The notes: generated from the sequence alone by a model not told the origin. 64,000 nucleotides of DNA from Scenedesmus sp. PABB004 (GCA_014905635.1 CM026547.1:992001-1056000), one strand, 5' to 3'. Shown: positions 36,568-49,554, counted from the stretch's first letter. A program made the numbers and translations.

Positions 36568-37738
36568 TCACCGCACCGCGCGGCCGCGCTCGCTCGCGGC
36601 GCCGCTGCCGAGCAGCGGCGCGAGCGCGGCGTCATGCACCGCCCACGTCACCGCCTGCGCGCCGGTCAGGAACGACGCCAGGAACGGCAGCGGCCCGCCG
36701 CCGCCGCCGCCGCTGCCGTGGGGGACCAGGCCCAGCGCCCGGCCGGCGAAGTACGCAGGCAGCGCCGGCGCGGCGGCGGCGAGCAGCACGCCGCCCGTGG
36801 CGACCGTCCCGACCAGCCGCGTGGACTGCGGCGCGTCAAAGCTCTGCAGCGACGCCAGCCACGCCTGGTAGCTCGGCTCGAGCCCGTGGTGCGCCGCGCC
36901 TGTGTGCGCGCGCGGGCGCGCCACGGCGGTGGTGCGGCGCCGGCGTGCGCGTGCGGCGCCGGCGTGCGCGTGCGCTCGCTGCCAGCGTGGGCGTCTCCAC
37001 CGCGTGCCGCCGCCGCAGCTCCGGGCAGGCGCTGCCGCCCCGCGCACCTTCGCGAACCAGCCCCAGGTAGCGCGCGGACGGCTGCACACGCCGGCCGGCC
37101 GCGTGCAGCGACGCCGGCGCGCCGCGCAGCGTGAGGGCGGACGCCTCGCCGCCTGCGTAGAGTCTGCAGCGCACCGGGACGACCTGGTAGCCGACCGCGC
37201 TGCTGCCCACGCCCTCGGTCGCCTTTACGCGCTCCCACTCGGCCGCGCTGATGCGGAAGAGCACGCCGTGCACGCACGGCTGGCCGCCCGGCGGCGGCTG
37301 CCGCCGCTGCTGATGCTGCTGCGGCTGCTGCTGCGGCCGCTGCAGGATCGTCGCCATGCCGGGCTCCGAGAACGGCAGGCCCATCATGCCCGCCACGCTG
37401 AGCTCGTGGTCGGGCAGGGAGCAGGGCCACGCGCCGCTCGGGCGCACGCGCCGCCGGCCGGTGAGCACGCGGGGGCACATGTTGGAGCCGTACGCAAAGT
37501 ACAGCACCTCGCCCGCCCCCGCCCGCGGCGCCGGCGCCGCTGCTGGGCCGGCTCCCGACGCGGCCGCTGCTGGCGGGCCGGCAGCCGCTGCTCCTGCTCC
37601 TGCTGCTGCCGCCGGGCCGACGGCAGCCGCCGCTGCTGCTGCTGCGGGGACGACGGCCGCCAGGCGCGACCGCGCAGCGCCTGCGCTGCGCCCGCCGCCG
37701 CCGCGCGCGCACGGCTCGCGGCCCGCGGCGCCGCGCAT
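36568..37738 (-). CDS. Gamma-glutamylcyclotransferase-like (GGCT/AIG2, GliK-like) protein with hydrophobic C-terminus; 2 exons
   Basis: YFAYGSNM, VHGVLFRI...TEG, PSARYLGLVREG/AAHHGLEPSYQAWL. Confidence 0.87.
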
Positions 37739-38200
37739 GGTGGACTGCGGGTGCGGGGCGCCTGGTGGCGCAACGGGCGGGCAGTGCGGGCGGCGGGTGG
37801 GGAGGCAGTGGGCTGTGCGGGCGTGTGGCTGCTGCGGCGGCGCGGGCCGGCGGCCGCTGGAGGCGAGTGCTCGGCAGTCTAGTTGCGGGCTGCGGGCGGG
37901 CGCAGTGATGGCCGCCAGCAGCTGGCGGGCCGCCCGTGTGGTGCGGTGCAGCGCTGCGCGGCGCAGAGGCGCCCGCTCGCCTGCCGCCGCTGCGCGCAAC
38001 TACCCGGGCGCGCCAGTCGCTGTGATATACACCGACGTCCTGCCGGCCTCCTCCCGGGCGTTTGCCACGGCCAGCCGCGGCAGAGGGCCGCGCGGCACGC
38101 AGATTTGACCGCCGCCGCTGCCTGCCCGCCCGCCGCTGCGACGCACGGCATGCCGAGCGCCTGAGCGGGGGCTCTGCGTAGTCCCGGCGTCGCCGCCGGC

Positions 38201-41133
38201 ATGGCGTCGCCGGGCGGCGGCGCGCCGCCCAGCCCCCGGGGCGGGCCTGCCGCTCCCGCCGCGCCGTCGTCGCGCGGCGGCTCGCCCACGGGCCGGCCGG
38301 GGCACCTGCAGCCCATCGAGGGCGGCCGCCGGCCCTCGCCCACGCCCCTGACGCCGGGCAAGTCCAACCTGGGCCCCGCGGCGGGAGGGGGCGGGCTGCA
38401 GAAGATGAGCTCCGACCTCTCGCAGGCGTCGGTGCAGGCGCGGCGCCGCGCTGGCCGCCGCGCTGGCGCACCGCCGCTGCGCGCGCGCCTGGCCAGCCGG
38501 CCCCGGCAGCAACCCCTCTCACCAGGCCCGCCGCCCGACCGCCGCTGCCGCGCGCGCCCCGCGCCCCGCACGGTGCAGTCGGCCGCGGCGTTCCAGCAGC
38601 AGCTCGCGGCCGCCGCGGCGGCGGCGGCGCAGCAGCAGTCGGACGCGGACAACATCAAGGTCGTCGTCCGCCTGCGCCCGCTCTTCCCCGGCGAGGCCGC
38701 CAAGGGCGCCACGGACGTGGTGCAGGTCTCTGAGGACTGCAGCTCGCTCAGGGTGGGTGGGCCGGCCGCCGCGCGCGCCCGCGTGTGCGTGCTCCGATGC
38801 ACGGCGCCCCGCCGACGACCCCCGGCCGCCGTCGCGCGCCCGGCGCGGCAGGTGGTCGTGCCCGGCCCTGCGGGCGCGACGATGCAGCGCGACTTTGCGT
38901 TCCACGCGTGCCTCGGCCCCGAGACGAGCCAGGCGGACGTGATGGCGCTCTGCGGCATCCACCAGCTGCTCGACGCCGCGCTGGCGGGGTACCACGTGAC
39001 CATCTTTGCCTACGGCCAGACCGGTGCGCGGCCGCTGGCAGGGGCGCCGGGGGAGGGGGACTGCAGGGCGCGCTGGCGCGCCCAGCGCCCCGCGCCCGAG
39101 GCGGCCGGGGCGGCCGTGCGCGCGGTGCGCGAACCGCGGGCTGCCCCCCGCTCGCCGCCGACGCCGCCGCGGCGCCGCGGCGCCGCCCGCGCGGCGCGCC
39201 CAGGGTCGGGCAAGACGCACACGATGAGCGGGCACGAGGACATCATCAGCGACGACGCCTACGCGGGGCACGAGCGCGACGGCATCATCTCCCGCGCCGT
39301 CACGTACCTCTTCCACCAGGCGCGCCGCGGCGGCGCTCCCCCGCCGCGCGCTGGGGCTGGCCGGCCGCCGAGGGCCTCGGCCGCCGGCCGCCCCGAGGCG
39401 GCGCGCCCGGCCAACGCGCGCGGCGCGCCGCGGCGCGCAGGCGCGCACGCGTCAGGACGCCAAGTTCAGCCTCAAGGCATCGTACCTTGAGATCTACAAC
39501 GAGGGCGTGTTTGACCTGGTGCACTTTGACCCCAAGGCCAAGAGCCTGCCCGTCAAGTGGGACGCGGCGTACGGCTTCTACGTGCAGGGCCTCAAGGTCG
39601 TGCCCTGCAGCCAGCAGCGCACGATGATGGACGTCATCCGGGCCGGCATGAAGCACCGCAAGGTCGGCAGCCACAGGCTCAACACCGAGTCGAGCCGCAG
39701 CCACGCGATCATGACCATCTACTGCGACGCCACGCCCACGGGTGCGCCGCCGCAACGTGCGCCGTGCGCACCAGCGCTTGTCGCGTCCCGCGCCGCCGAC
39801 TGCGCCGCGCGTCCGCGCGTCCGCGCGTCCGCGCGGGGGTGCCCCGCAGACCCGTCGTCGTACGACTACGGCACGATGCGGTACGGCAAGCTCTCCTTTG
39901 TCGACCTCGCCGGCAGCGAGCGCGTCAAGGACAGCATGAGCGAGGGCGCGATGCTCAAGGAGACGATCAACATCAACAAGTCGCTCAGCGTGCTCGGCAA
40001 GGTGCGCCGGCAGCGCGTCGCGGCGCGCGTGGGCGGCGGGCGCGTACGGTGGGTGGGCGGGCGGCGAGCCGTGTGCGGGTGGCCGGGCTCACGCGACCGC
40101 GCGCCCGCGACCGCGCCGGCGCCGCCGGCGCAGGTCATCTCCACGCTCGCGGAGCGCGACGCGGCGGGCACGACCGCGCACGTGCCGTACCGCGACTCCA
40201 AGCTCACCAAGCTGCTCATGGACAGCCTCGGCGGCAGCGCGCTCACCCTCATGATCGCGTGCTGCTCGCCCTCCAGCCTGCAGGCGCGCGCGCGGGGAGT
40301 GCGCGGCCCGCGCGGCGCGTTGCGGCGGCGCGGCGCGGCGGGCAGACGGGCTCGCGCGCCGCGCGCCGCAGGTGGAGGAGACGCTGAGCACGCTGAGCTA
40401 CGCGACGCGCGCGAAGAACATCCACAACCGGCCGACGGTGCAGTACGACCCGCGCGAGGCGCAGATCGCGCTGCTGCGGCGCGAGATCGAGCTGCTGCGC
40501 CAGGAGAACGCGCTGCTCAAGGAGCAGCTGCGCGGCGCCGGCGCGCTGCCGCCAGGTGGGCCCCTTGCGGCTGGGCGGGGCGCGGCGGCCGGTCAGGTCG
40601 CGGCCGGCGGCGGCGCGGCGCGCAGCGCGCGGGCCTCGGCCCGCGCGCCACGCGAGAGGCGTTGACTGAGGCGCGCCGCCGCGCCGCCGCAGGCTCGCAG
40701 CAGGGCAGCGTCCCCACCACGCCCGACGGCGGGGGCCACCCCGGCGGCAGCTTCAAGCCGGACGCGGCGCGGCCGAGCGTGCTGGGCATCCCCGGCACCC
40801 GCACTGCCAGCCCCGGCGGCAGCGCGGGCGGTAGCCCCGACCCCGGCCTGCTGGGCGGCGCCGCCGACGGCGGCGACGACCCGGGCGGCCTGCTGCGCGC
40901 CAGCAGCACGCCCGAGTTGGCGCGCGGCGCGGTGCCGGGCGGCAGCGGCAGCGGCGGCGGCATGAGCGGCGAGCAGCAGCTGCGGTCGTCGCTCAACGAC
41001 CTGGGTGCGGCCCGGCGGCACGCTGGGGCGCGACGGGGGCCGGGGCTCAGCGGCTGCCCGCCGCGCTCCCCCGCTCACCCGCGCGTCCGCCCCGCCCCGC
41101 AGAGCTGCGCGCCAACGCGGCGCGCCACGCCGC

Positions 41134-41190
<57 letters not shown>

Positions 41191-42370
41191 GCCGAGCAAC
41201 GGCGAGCTGCTGCGGCGGCTGCGCGAGACGCAGGCGCTGCTCATAAAGTTCAGCGAGGAGAACGGCCGCCTCGCGCGCGACAACGACAAGCTGCAGGCGC
41301 GACGCGCGACGCGCGCGGGGCGCTGAGGAATTCAGGCGTGGCGGCCGCCGCCCGGGCACGCGCTGACCCGCCGCCGCGGGGCACCGCCGCCCGCCGCCGT
41401 GCCGCGCGCAGGCGGGGCGGAACGTGCTGAGCGCGGAGCACGCCACGGTGCTGGACGAGATTGACCTGCTGCGCGGCAAGCTCAGCCAGCTCGAGCGCAG
41501 CGTCCTCAGCGCGGCCGCCGTGGCCACCGGCGACGCCGCGGGCCAGCCTGCTGGCCCGCCCCCGCCCGGCGGCGCGCCGCCCGGGGGCCTCGCTGGCGGC
41601 GGCGGCGGCGGCGGCGGCGTGCTCAGCATCCAGGCGCTGCTGTCCAGCCTGGGGCTGGGCGACGACCTCACCGCCCTGGGCGGCGGGCCACAGGGCCGCC
41701 TCGCACCGCCCGGCGACGGCGACGCCGGCGGCGCGGAGGCGGGCCCCGGCGCGGGCGGCGCCCTGCCCGGTGGCGCCGACGCGGGGCCCCGCGCGCTGCT
41801 GGGCTCGCCCGGCTCGGCGCGGCTGGGGCAGAAGAGCCGCAGCAACCTCTCCAGCGCGACTGGCCCGGGGCCGAGCGTGGCCAGCGCGGCGCGGAGCATC
41901 ATCAACCGCACGCCCCTCAGCAGCGCCCGCGGCGCCGACGGCGGCGCGGAGGACTCCATCCACGTGGCCAACAGCGCGGGCCTGGCGGTGCTGCTCGGCG
42001 GCGGGCAGGCGCCGCTGCTGCCGGGCCAGCTCGGCGGCGGCGGCGGCGGCGGCCCGGCGGCGCCCCCGCGCCCGCTGAGCCACGCGCCGCCGCAGCTCGG
42101 CGGCGCGCCGCCCAGCCCCAAGGTGGTCAGCTTCCAGGACCGCGGCGAGCCGTTTGGGCACCTGCCGGGCAGCGCGGGCAGCACGTCGAGTGCGATCAAC
42201 CGCCCGCTGCCGCACAAGCCCGAGGTGCGGCGCCGCGCGGCGCGCGCGCGCGGGCGGCGCGCTGCCCTGCTTGGCTCTGCCGCCGACGGCCGCGCTGGCC
42301 CGCCCCGCAGGACTCGCCGCCGCAGCCCAACCCGCAGCGCCTGTCTGCCGGTCGGTCGCCGCTGGTGTGA
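38201..42370 (+). CDS. KIF12: Kinesin motor protein, KIF12/kinesin-16-like; multi-exon
   Basis: NIKVVVRLRP, IFAYGQTG/SGKT, SYLEIYNE, NTESSRSH, FVDLAGSER, HVPYRDSKLTKLLMDSLGG, neck RAKNIHNRPTVQYDPRE. Kinesin call is secure, subfamily is tentative; TGTAA at ~42531. Confidence 0.8.
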
Positions 42371-42569
42371 GGCGGCGCCGCGCGCGCGCACGGCCGAGGC
42401 TGCGGGGGGGGGGGGGGACTTGGGCGGCTGTGGGTGCGGCACCGCGCGGGCGGGGCTCCGAACGCCGCTCGTCGTTGCAGGGCGTGTGGGCGACGCCGAA
42501 CAAACTGCGCCCCGTGTGCTGCTCAAGTTCTGTAAACCCAAACCCATCACCGCCGCCGCGCGTCGGCGC

Positions 42570-45500
42570 TCATCCGACGTGCGGCTGCCACAGAAGCAGT
42601 GTGTTGGTCAAACCCCAGGCAGCGGCGCAGTGCAGCCAGGCGCTGTGCAGGGCGCCGGGCGCCAGAGGATACCATGCCCAGCGCGCGCGCGTCGTGCGGC
42701 GTGCGCGGCAATAACAACAACTTGCATTTGCGCAGCCGCAGCCAAACTCATGAGACGGCAGTGCAACACACCTAGCGAGTCCAAGCGCAACGTTCTCTGA
42801 TGCCTCACTCCCAGCCCTCGAGCCGCGCCGCGCGGGGCGGCGGCCTTCCCTGGGGCGGCAGCGGGCGCGCGCCGCCGGGGCTCGGCGCGCCCCGGGCGGG
42901 AAGCAGGAGGGGCGCGTGGGCCGTCTCGGGCGCGGCCGCGGCCCCGGGCCCAGCCCGCCCGCCACCGCCCAGAACGCCTGCCGCGCGCCTGCGCCGCCCC
43001 GGGCGGGCAGCAGCCACTGCGCCGGCACGGAGCGCTGCTGCTGCGCGTCGCCCTCAACCGGGCGGCCTGCCGCGGCGCCCTGGCGCGCGCGGTGCGGCGC
43101 GCCGACGCCAGCCGCCTCCTCGCCAGCGGGCATGACGCCGGCCGCTCGCAGGGCACAGGCTGCGGCGGCGGCCTGCGCCTCGTCCCCCGAGCGGCGCCGC
43201 GCGCCCGGCAGCGTGGGCGGCCGCGCCGCGCCGGCGCCCGGCGGCGGTGCCAGGTCCAGGCTGGCGCCCCGCAGCACTGGCGGCGCGCGGTAGGCCGCGC
43301 CCGCGGACGAGCCGCGCAGGCCGAGCGCGGCGGCGAGGCCGCTGGCCATGCCCGCCAGCGAGTCACGCAGGCCGTGGTGCTGGCGGTGGTGCCCGCCCGC
43401 GCCCTCCAGCATCACCAGCCCCTCGCTGTCCCGTCGAGGGAGCCGCGCGGCGGAGCCGCCGCACAGGCTGTCAGAGAGGCCAGCCTCGCCGGGCTCCAGA
43501 AACTCGACCGCCGTCGCCGCGGCGCCGCCCCCCAGCACCGGCACGCCGTCCTCGTCCAGCTCGCAGCTGCTGCCGCTGCTGCCGCTGCAGCTGGCACCCT
43601 CCAGCTCCGGCACGCCGGGGTGGCCCGGCACGCGGCCGCGGTGCGCCCTGCCGCCGCGCGCGCTGCCAGCCGCCGCCGCCGCCGCCGCGCCGTCGGCGCT
43701 GGCCGGCGCCGCGCCGGCGGTGCTCGGCAGCCGCCGGCGCACGGCGCGGCCGCCGCGCCCCCGGCGCACGACTGCGCCGCCGTCGTCCGCCGAGGCGCCC
43801 GCCGCGGCGGCGGCGCCGTGCGCCGCCTCGCGCTGCGCGGGCGCGCGCTGCCGCGCCTCCGCGGCCGCGGCCGCCTCGCGCTGGCGCCGGCGCCGCGCCG
43901 CGGCGGCCACCACGCCGGCAACGCAGGCGACCAGCGCGAGCGGCGCGCCGACGGCGATGATGATGATGAGCGTGGTAGGGCTCACGCCAAGCAGCCCGGC
44001 CAGGCCCTGCCCGCCGGGCGGCGCAGCAGGCGCCCCGGCGCCCTCGGCCGCCGGCGCGGGCGACGTCGCGCCCTCCGCCTTGCCCTGCTGCCCCCCGCCC
44101 AGCACGCAGAGCGGGCCCTGCGCGACCGCGCCGCCGCCGCAGGCCTGGGACCCAGGCGGGGCGGGGCCCCCGACGACGCGAATTTCGTCCGCGTCGTCCA
44201 GCGGCACCACGGGCACGCCCGTGCTGTTGTCCGCGCCGCCGGCCGCCGCCGCAGCTGCGGCGCTGCCAGACTCTCGCACCGAGACCCTGCCCTGCACCGG
44301 CGTCAGCCCCGAGCTGCTCGGCGAGCTGCTCGCGCGCGCCGCGGTGAGCCGGCGCGCGTGCGCGCCGCCCAGCAGCGCAGCGGCGTCCGGCCAGACAACA
44401 AAGGGGTTTGGGTCGAGCTCCAGCGCGCCCGACCAGTCGTAGCAGCCTGGCGGTGTGCGGGCGCGGGCGCGGGCACGGGCGCGGGCGCGGGCGCGGGTGC
44501 GGGCGCGGGCAGCCGTCAGACGCATGGCGCGCGCGGCTGGTCTGCAGGGCAGCCAGCTCGGGCCGGTGCTGGTTGGCAGGCCAGCCGGCGCCCGCACCTG
44601 AAAAGCCGGGGCCCGGCCAGACGCTGGAAAAGAGCGTCAGATCTCCCGCCACGCTCGGGTTGAGCGTCGAGTTGCGCACCTGCGCGGCGGCGGCGGCGCG
44701 GCGCAGCGTGGGGCGCGGCAGCGGCAGCTGCTGCTGCCCCGCGTCCCGGCTGGCGCAGCGTCCCCGCCGGCGCGGCGCCACCGCGCAGCGGCTCACCGCC
44801 GTGCCGCTGACCTCCTCGTGCACGAGGTGGAAGGTGCCCAGCATGCCCACGCGCGTCGTCCACGCGCCGCGCGGCGCGTCGTAGCTCCAGTCCATCGACC
44901 GTTCGAGCTGGAAGTCGCCCGCGATATCTATGCCGACACCGAGGCGCAAAAAGCCCAAAGTCCCATTGAACGCAGCCCACCGCGAGCGCAGCCCGGGGCT
45001 CGCCGCGCCCGGCGCGGGCGCCACGGGGCCGGCGGCTTGCACCTGGATGCCTGTGATGCTGACGCTCCCCCCGCGGACGTGGATGCCGGTGTCGTTGAGC
45101 GGCGGCAGCGGCGCCAGCACCGAGGGAGCGCTCACGAAGACTGGGAGGTCCGGCAAAGACGAGGTGGGCGCCGGCGCTGCTGGCGACGAGGGGCGGGCAG
45201 AGCTGGGCGCGGGCGAGGGGCTGGCCGCCGCCACCGCGCCGGGCGCAGGCGACGGGCTCTCCACCACCGGCTCGGGAGAGGGCGACGGGCTCTCCTCCGC
45301 TGGCCCGGCCGAGGGCGACGGGCTCTCCTCCGCTGGCCCGGCCGAGGGCGACGGGCTCTCCTCCGCTGGCCCGGCCGAGGGCGACGGGCTCTCCGCCGGC
45401 GGCTCAGGAGAGGGCGACGGGCTCTCCGCCGCCGGCCCGGGAGAGGGCGACGGGCTCTCCGCTGGCGGCGCGGGAGAGGGCGACGGGCTCTCCGCTGGCG

Positions 45501-47801
45501 GCCCGGGCGAGGGCGACGGGCTCTCCGCTGGCGGCCCGGGAGAGGGCGCCGGGCTCTCCGCCGCCGGCCCGGGAGAGGGCGACGGGCTCTCCGCTGGCGG
45601 CGCGGGAGAGGGCGACGGGCTCTCCGCTGGCGGCCCGGGCGAGGGCGACGGGCTCTCCGCTGGCGGCCCGGGAGAGGGCGCCGGGCTCTCCGCCGCCGGC
45701 CCGGGAGAGGGCGACGGGCTCTCCGCTGGCGGCGCGGGAGAGGGCGACGGGCTCTCCGCTGGCGGCCCGGGCGAGGGCGACGGGCTCTCCGCTGGCGGCC
45801 CGGGAGAGGGCAACGGGCTCTCCGCCGCCGGCCCGGGCGAGGGCGACGGGCTCTCCGCCGGCGGCTCAGGAGAGGGCGCCGGGCTCTCCGCCGCCGGCTC
45901 AGGAGAGGGCGCCGGGCTCTCCGCCGCCGGCCCGGGAGAGGGCGACGGGCTCTCCGCTGGCGGCGCGGGAGAGGGCGACGGGCTCTCCGCTGGCGGCCCG
46001 GGCGAGGGCGACGGGCTCTCCGCTGGCGGCCCGGGAGAGGGCAACGGGCTCTCCGCCGCCGGCCCGGGCGAGGGCGACGGGCTCTCCGCCGCTGGCCCGG
46101 GAGAGGGCGACGGGCTCTCCGCTGGCGGCGCGGGAGAGGGCGACGGGCTCTCCGCTGGCGGCGCGGGAGAGGGTGACGGGCTGCCTGTTGGCACCGGCGG
46201 AGCCGGGCTGGGCGATGGTGCCGGTGCGGGCGGCGCCGGGCTTGGCGATGGTTGCGGCGCCGGCGGCGGCGCAGGGCTTGGCGATGGTTGCGGCGCCGCC
46301 GGCGACGCCGGGCTTGGTGATGGCGCCGGCGCCGGCGGCACCGGGCTGGGCGACGGTGCCGGCGCGGGCGGCGCAGGGCTGGGCGATGGTTGCGGCGCCG
46401 CCGGCGGCGCCGGGCTGGGCGACGGCGCCGGCGCAGGCGGCGCAGGGCTGGGCGACGGTGCCGGCGCCGGCGACGGGCTGCTTGGGCAGGTGCCGGCGTA
46501 GCAGGCCCCGGTGGTCGTCGACCCGTCGACCGCCGTGCACGCTGCCCCGCCGTTCTGGGGCAGCTGGGCGATGGTGTACGTGCCGTTACGCGTGCCGTTG
46601 CCGCAGGCGGCGCTGCAGGCGCTCCACGTCCACGTTGCGTTGCAGTCTGTCGGTGGGAGGAACCAGGTTGACCTGGTCGTGCACATGGCCGCGACCGACT
46701 GCCCGTTCTGGCAGTTGGGCACTGCGGGCGCGGCGCGGCGCGCGTTGGCATGGCAGGACAGGTCAGGCAGCGCGGCCCACAGCCGGCGCGGCGGCGTGCG
46801 CGCCACTCGAGCGCGCGCACGCGCTCACCGCATGACTGTTTTTGACGATACGCCATGACGCTGACGAACGTGCGGCAGCTGGTGGCGTTGCCGTACGCGC
46901 AGAGCGCCTCGAGCGAACCGCAGGGCGCGCGCAGCGTGACGCAGAGCGTCGCGTTGGCCGCGTTGTCGTAGCCGACGGGCGTGTCAAGCGTCAGGTTGAG
47001 CTTGCCCGTAGTCTGGGCGGTGGTGAACACGGCGTTGGCGGCCGACACGGGCACGGCGGTGCCGTTGGCGAGCCGCAGCGACGCCGTCGCGACCGAGCCG
47101 CTGCAGTTCTTGCCTGCGCAGCGGCAGCGCGCGCGCGCGCGCGTGGGCCCCGGCGGGCCGCCCCGCGGCTGCGCCGCCCCCTGCGCGCCCTGCGCGGACC
47201 GACCGCGGACGTCCCCCGCCGGTCACGCGCGCGCACCGACTTCAAAGCCCATTGCCTGCACGTTGACGAAGCTGGCCGACGCGTCCGTTTTGCCCGAGAG
47301 CGGCGCGGCGATCTCGCCGAGCGACGCGCCGGTAATGCCAGGCATCTCCCACACCCGAAAGCACCAAGTGGAGTTGACCGGCGCCGCGTAGGTCGACAGC
47401 AGCTCGATCGTAGCGTTGCCGGTGGCGTTGCAGGTGGACGCGGTCGGCACCATGTCAACGCTGGCGTAGGGGAAGGCGCCCGCCTGCAGCAGCGACCGCC
47501 CGCTGGCGTAGGGCAAGGCGCCCGCCTGCAGCAGCGGCCGCCCGCGCGCTGCCATGGCCGCCGCTGCCATGCCCGCCGGCGCGCGCCCGCCTGCGCGCAG
47601 CGCGCCGCGCGCGCCCGGCGCGCCGCCGGGCCGGGCCGGCCCGCCGCCACCGTCCGGCAGCTGGTCGGCGCGCCACCAGGACGGGACGTCGTGGCCGCGG
47701 GCGGCTGCCATGCCGCACGCCGCCAGCGCCGCGAGCAGCAGGAGCGCCGGCGCGCTCCGCCTCTGCGCTGAGCGCCCGCCGGCGCGGCGCCAGCTTGCCA
47801 T
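42570..47801 (-). CDS. Type I membrane hydroxyproline-rich glycoprotein: signal peptide, pherophorin-like domain, TSP1, (Ser-Pro) stalk, unknown domain, TM, cytoplasmic tail; 3' end uncertain
   Basis: AFPY...TWCFRV...[20 protein letters not shown] (pherophorin-like); [18 protein letters not shown] (TSP1); SPSPSP repeats; [28 protein letters not shown] followed by RRRR. Confidence 0.75.
45270..46480 (-). repeat. Coding minisatellite: 33-bp units encoding (ESPSPSP[A/G/E]P[P/A]A)n, preceded by ~30-bp [10 protein letters not shown] units
   Basis: gagggcgacgggctctccgc... repeated more than 20 times in frame. Confidence 0.95.
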
Positions 47802-48072
47802 GACGCTCCCCGCTGCCTCAGCTGCCTCAGGAGGCGGCGCGGTGGGCTGGCGGCATGGCGGGGCAATGGCGGGCGCGGACCCGAGCGTGCCCCGGGAGCG
47901 ACCGCGCCCGCCGGTCCCGCGCTGGCGGGCGACGAGCTCGCGAGCCTCGCGGGGATGCTTTCCTGAGGCTGACCAAGCGCTGGAGCCCCGCCGCGGCAGC
48001 CGCAGCGGCGGCAGCGCGTCGCGACGGCGTCCTGTCGATTGCACGCGGCGGCGCCCCGCTGCCCGGCCGCAG

Positions 48073-48915
48073 CTAGACCAGGTCATGCAGCGGCGCCGCC
48101 GGCGCGGGCCCTGGCGCCAGCGGCGCGGGCCCCGGCGGCGGCGCGCCTGGCGCCTCGCGCCGCTGCGGCTGCGGCGGCGGCGAATAGGCCGTGGCGAAGG
48201 GGTCGTCCACGCGCGTGTAGCTGGCCTGCTGCGGGGGCGGGGGCGCGCCGTAGCCGCCGGCGAGCGCCTCGCCTGCGGGCGGCCGCGTCGGCGCGCGCGG
48301 CGTCGGCGCGCGCGGCGTCGGCGCGCGCGGCGTCGGCCGCCCGGGCCGCGGCGGCTGCGCAGTCAGTCCGCGCACCCGAGGCGATGGAGGCGTGCAGCGC
48401 CCACGCGAACACGGCGCCGGCGACCTTAGCGGCGTCGCCGAGCAGCGCCAGGAAGATCAGCCACCCGCGGCCGCGCAGGTCGTGCGGCGTGTGCGCCAGG
48501 CGCAGCCAGTCGACCAGGATGCTGGCGGGCGCAAACACCAGGAACTGCGGCGCACGGCGCGCGGGTGCAGCGAGCGCAGCGCGCGCGGCGCCCGCGGGCG
48601 GCGGTCGGCGCAGCAGCGCGGCGCCCGCGCGCGGCGGTCGGCGCGCGGCGCGGCGCCCGCGGGCGGCGGTCGGCGCGCGGCGCGGCGCCAGCGCGCGGCA
48701 GGTGGCGCGGCGCGGCCCACCAGCATGAGCAGCTCCTGGCTCTGCAGGTAGACCGCGAGCAGCCCGAGCAGCGCGACGCTGCCGCCGACGTCGGGGCTCC
48801 AGATGGAGCAGAGCAGCGCGAGCGCGAGGATCGTGATGGCCGACAGCGCGACGTAGCTCGCGCGCTGGCCCGCGTACGGCCCGCCGCCGCCGGCGCCGCC
48901 GCTCGCGCGGTCCAT
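48073..48915 (-). CDS. Small multi-pass membrane protein, AGTRAP-like, with Pro-rich tail; multi-exon
   Basis: Three to four hydrophobic segments (LGLLAVYLQSQELLML/FLVFAPASILVDWL...LALLGDAAKVAGAVFAW); tail YTRVDDPF...PLHDLV*. Family call is tentative. Confidence 0.6.
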
Positions 48916-48989
48916 CGCGCGCCGCCGCCGCCGCGCCGGGCGCCCGGTCGGCCGCTGCTGGGGCGGGCGCGCACGCGCCGCGGCCGCAC

Positions 48990-49025
<36 letters not shown>

Positions 49026-49554
49026 CGGCAGCTCGCGCTGCTGCTGCGCTTCTGAACGCCGGGAGCCTGGGCGGCCGGCCGGACGTGCGGCGAGCGGCGG
49101 CGGCGCTCCGACGCGCTGCTGCTGCACCCGCTGCCGCTGCCGCCGCTGCTGCCGCTGTCGCGCGGGCGCTGCCGGTCGTGCGGAAGCCGGGTTCGTCACC
49201 GGCGTGACTGCCGCGAGGGGCGGGGGCGATGCAGGAGGGCTGAGACGCCGCGCCAGACCGCGGCCACAGACCGCCCCGTCCTGGCGCACGCCGCCGCCCC
49301 GGCGATTGCCACTCCTTCCCGCCACCGCCAGACCAGGACGCCGTCGCATGCGTCCGCTGCTGCTGCTCATGTTCCTGCTCGCGCGCCGCTCCCTCGCCGC
49401 TGCCGCTGCTGCCGGCGGCGCCGCGCGGAGCAGCCGGGAGGCCTGCACGGCGCCGGGGTGGGCTGCTGGCGCGCGTGCCGAGCTGTGTCCGACGCAGCTG
49501 CAGCATCCGACAACAACGCCCCCCGCCCGTGTGCGCAGGCAGTGCGGGCCGCGC

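Noticed and set aside
45270..46180. Regular ~33-bp repeats resembling a CRISPR array
   Set aside because: No unique spacers and no cas genes; the units are in-frame Ser-Pro coding repeats in a eukaryotic gene
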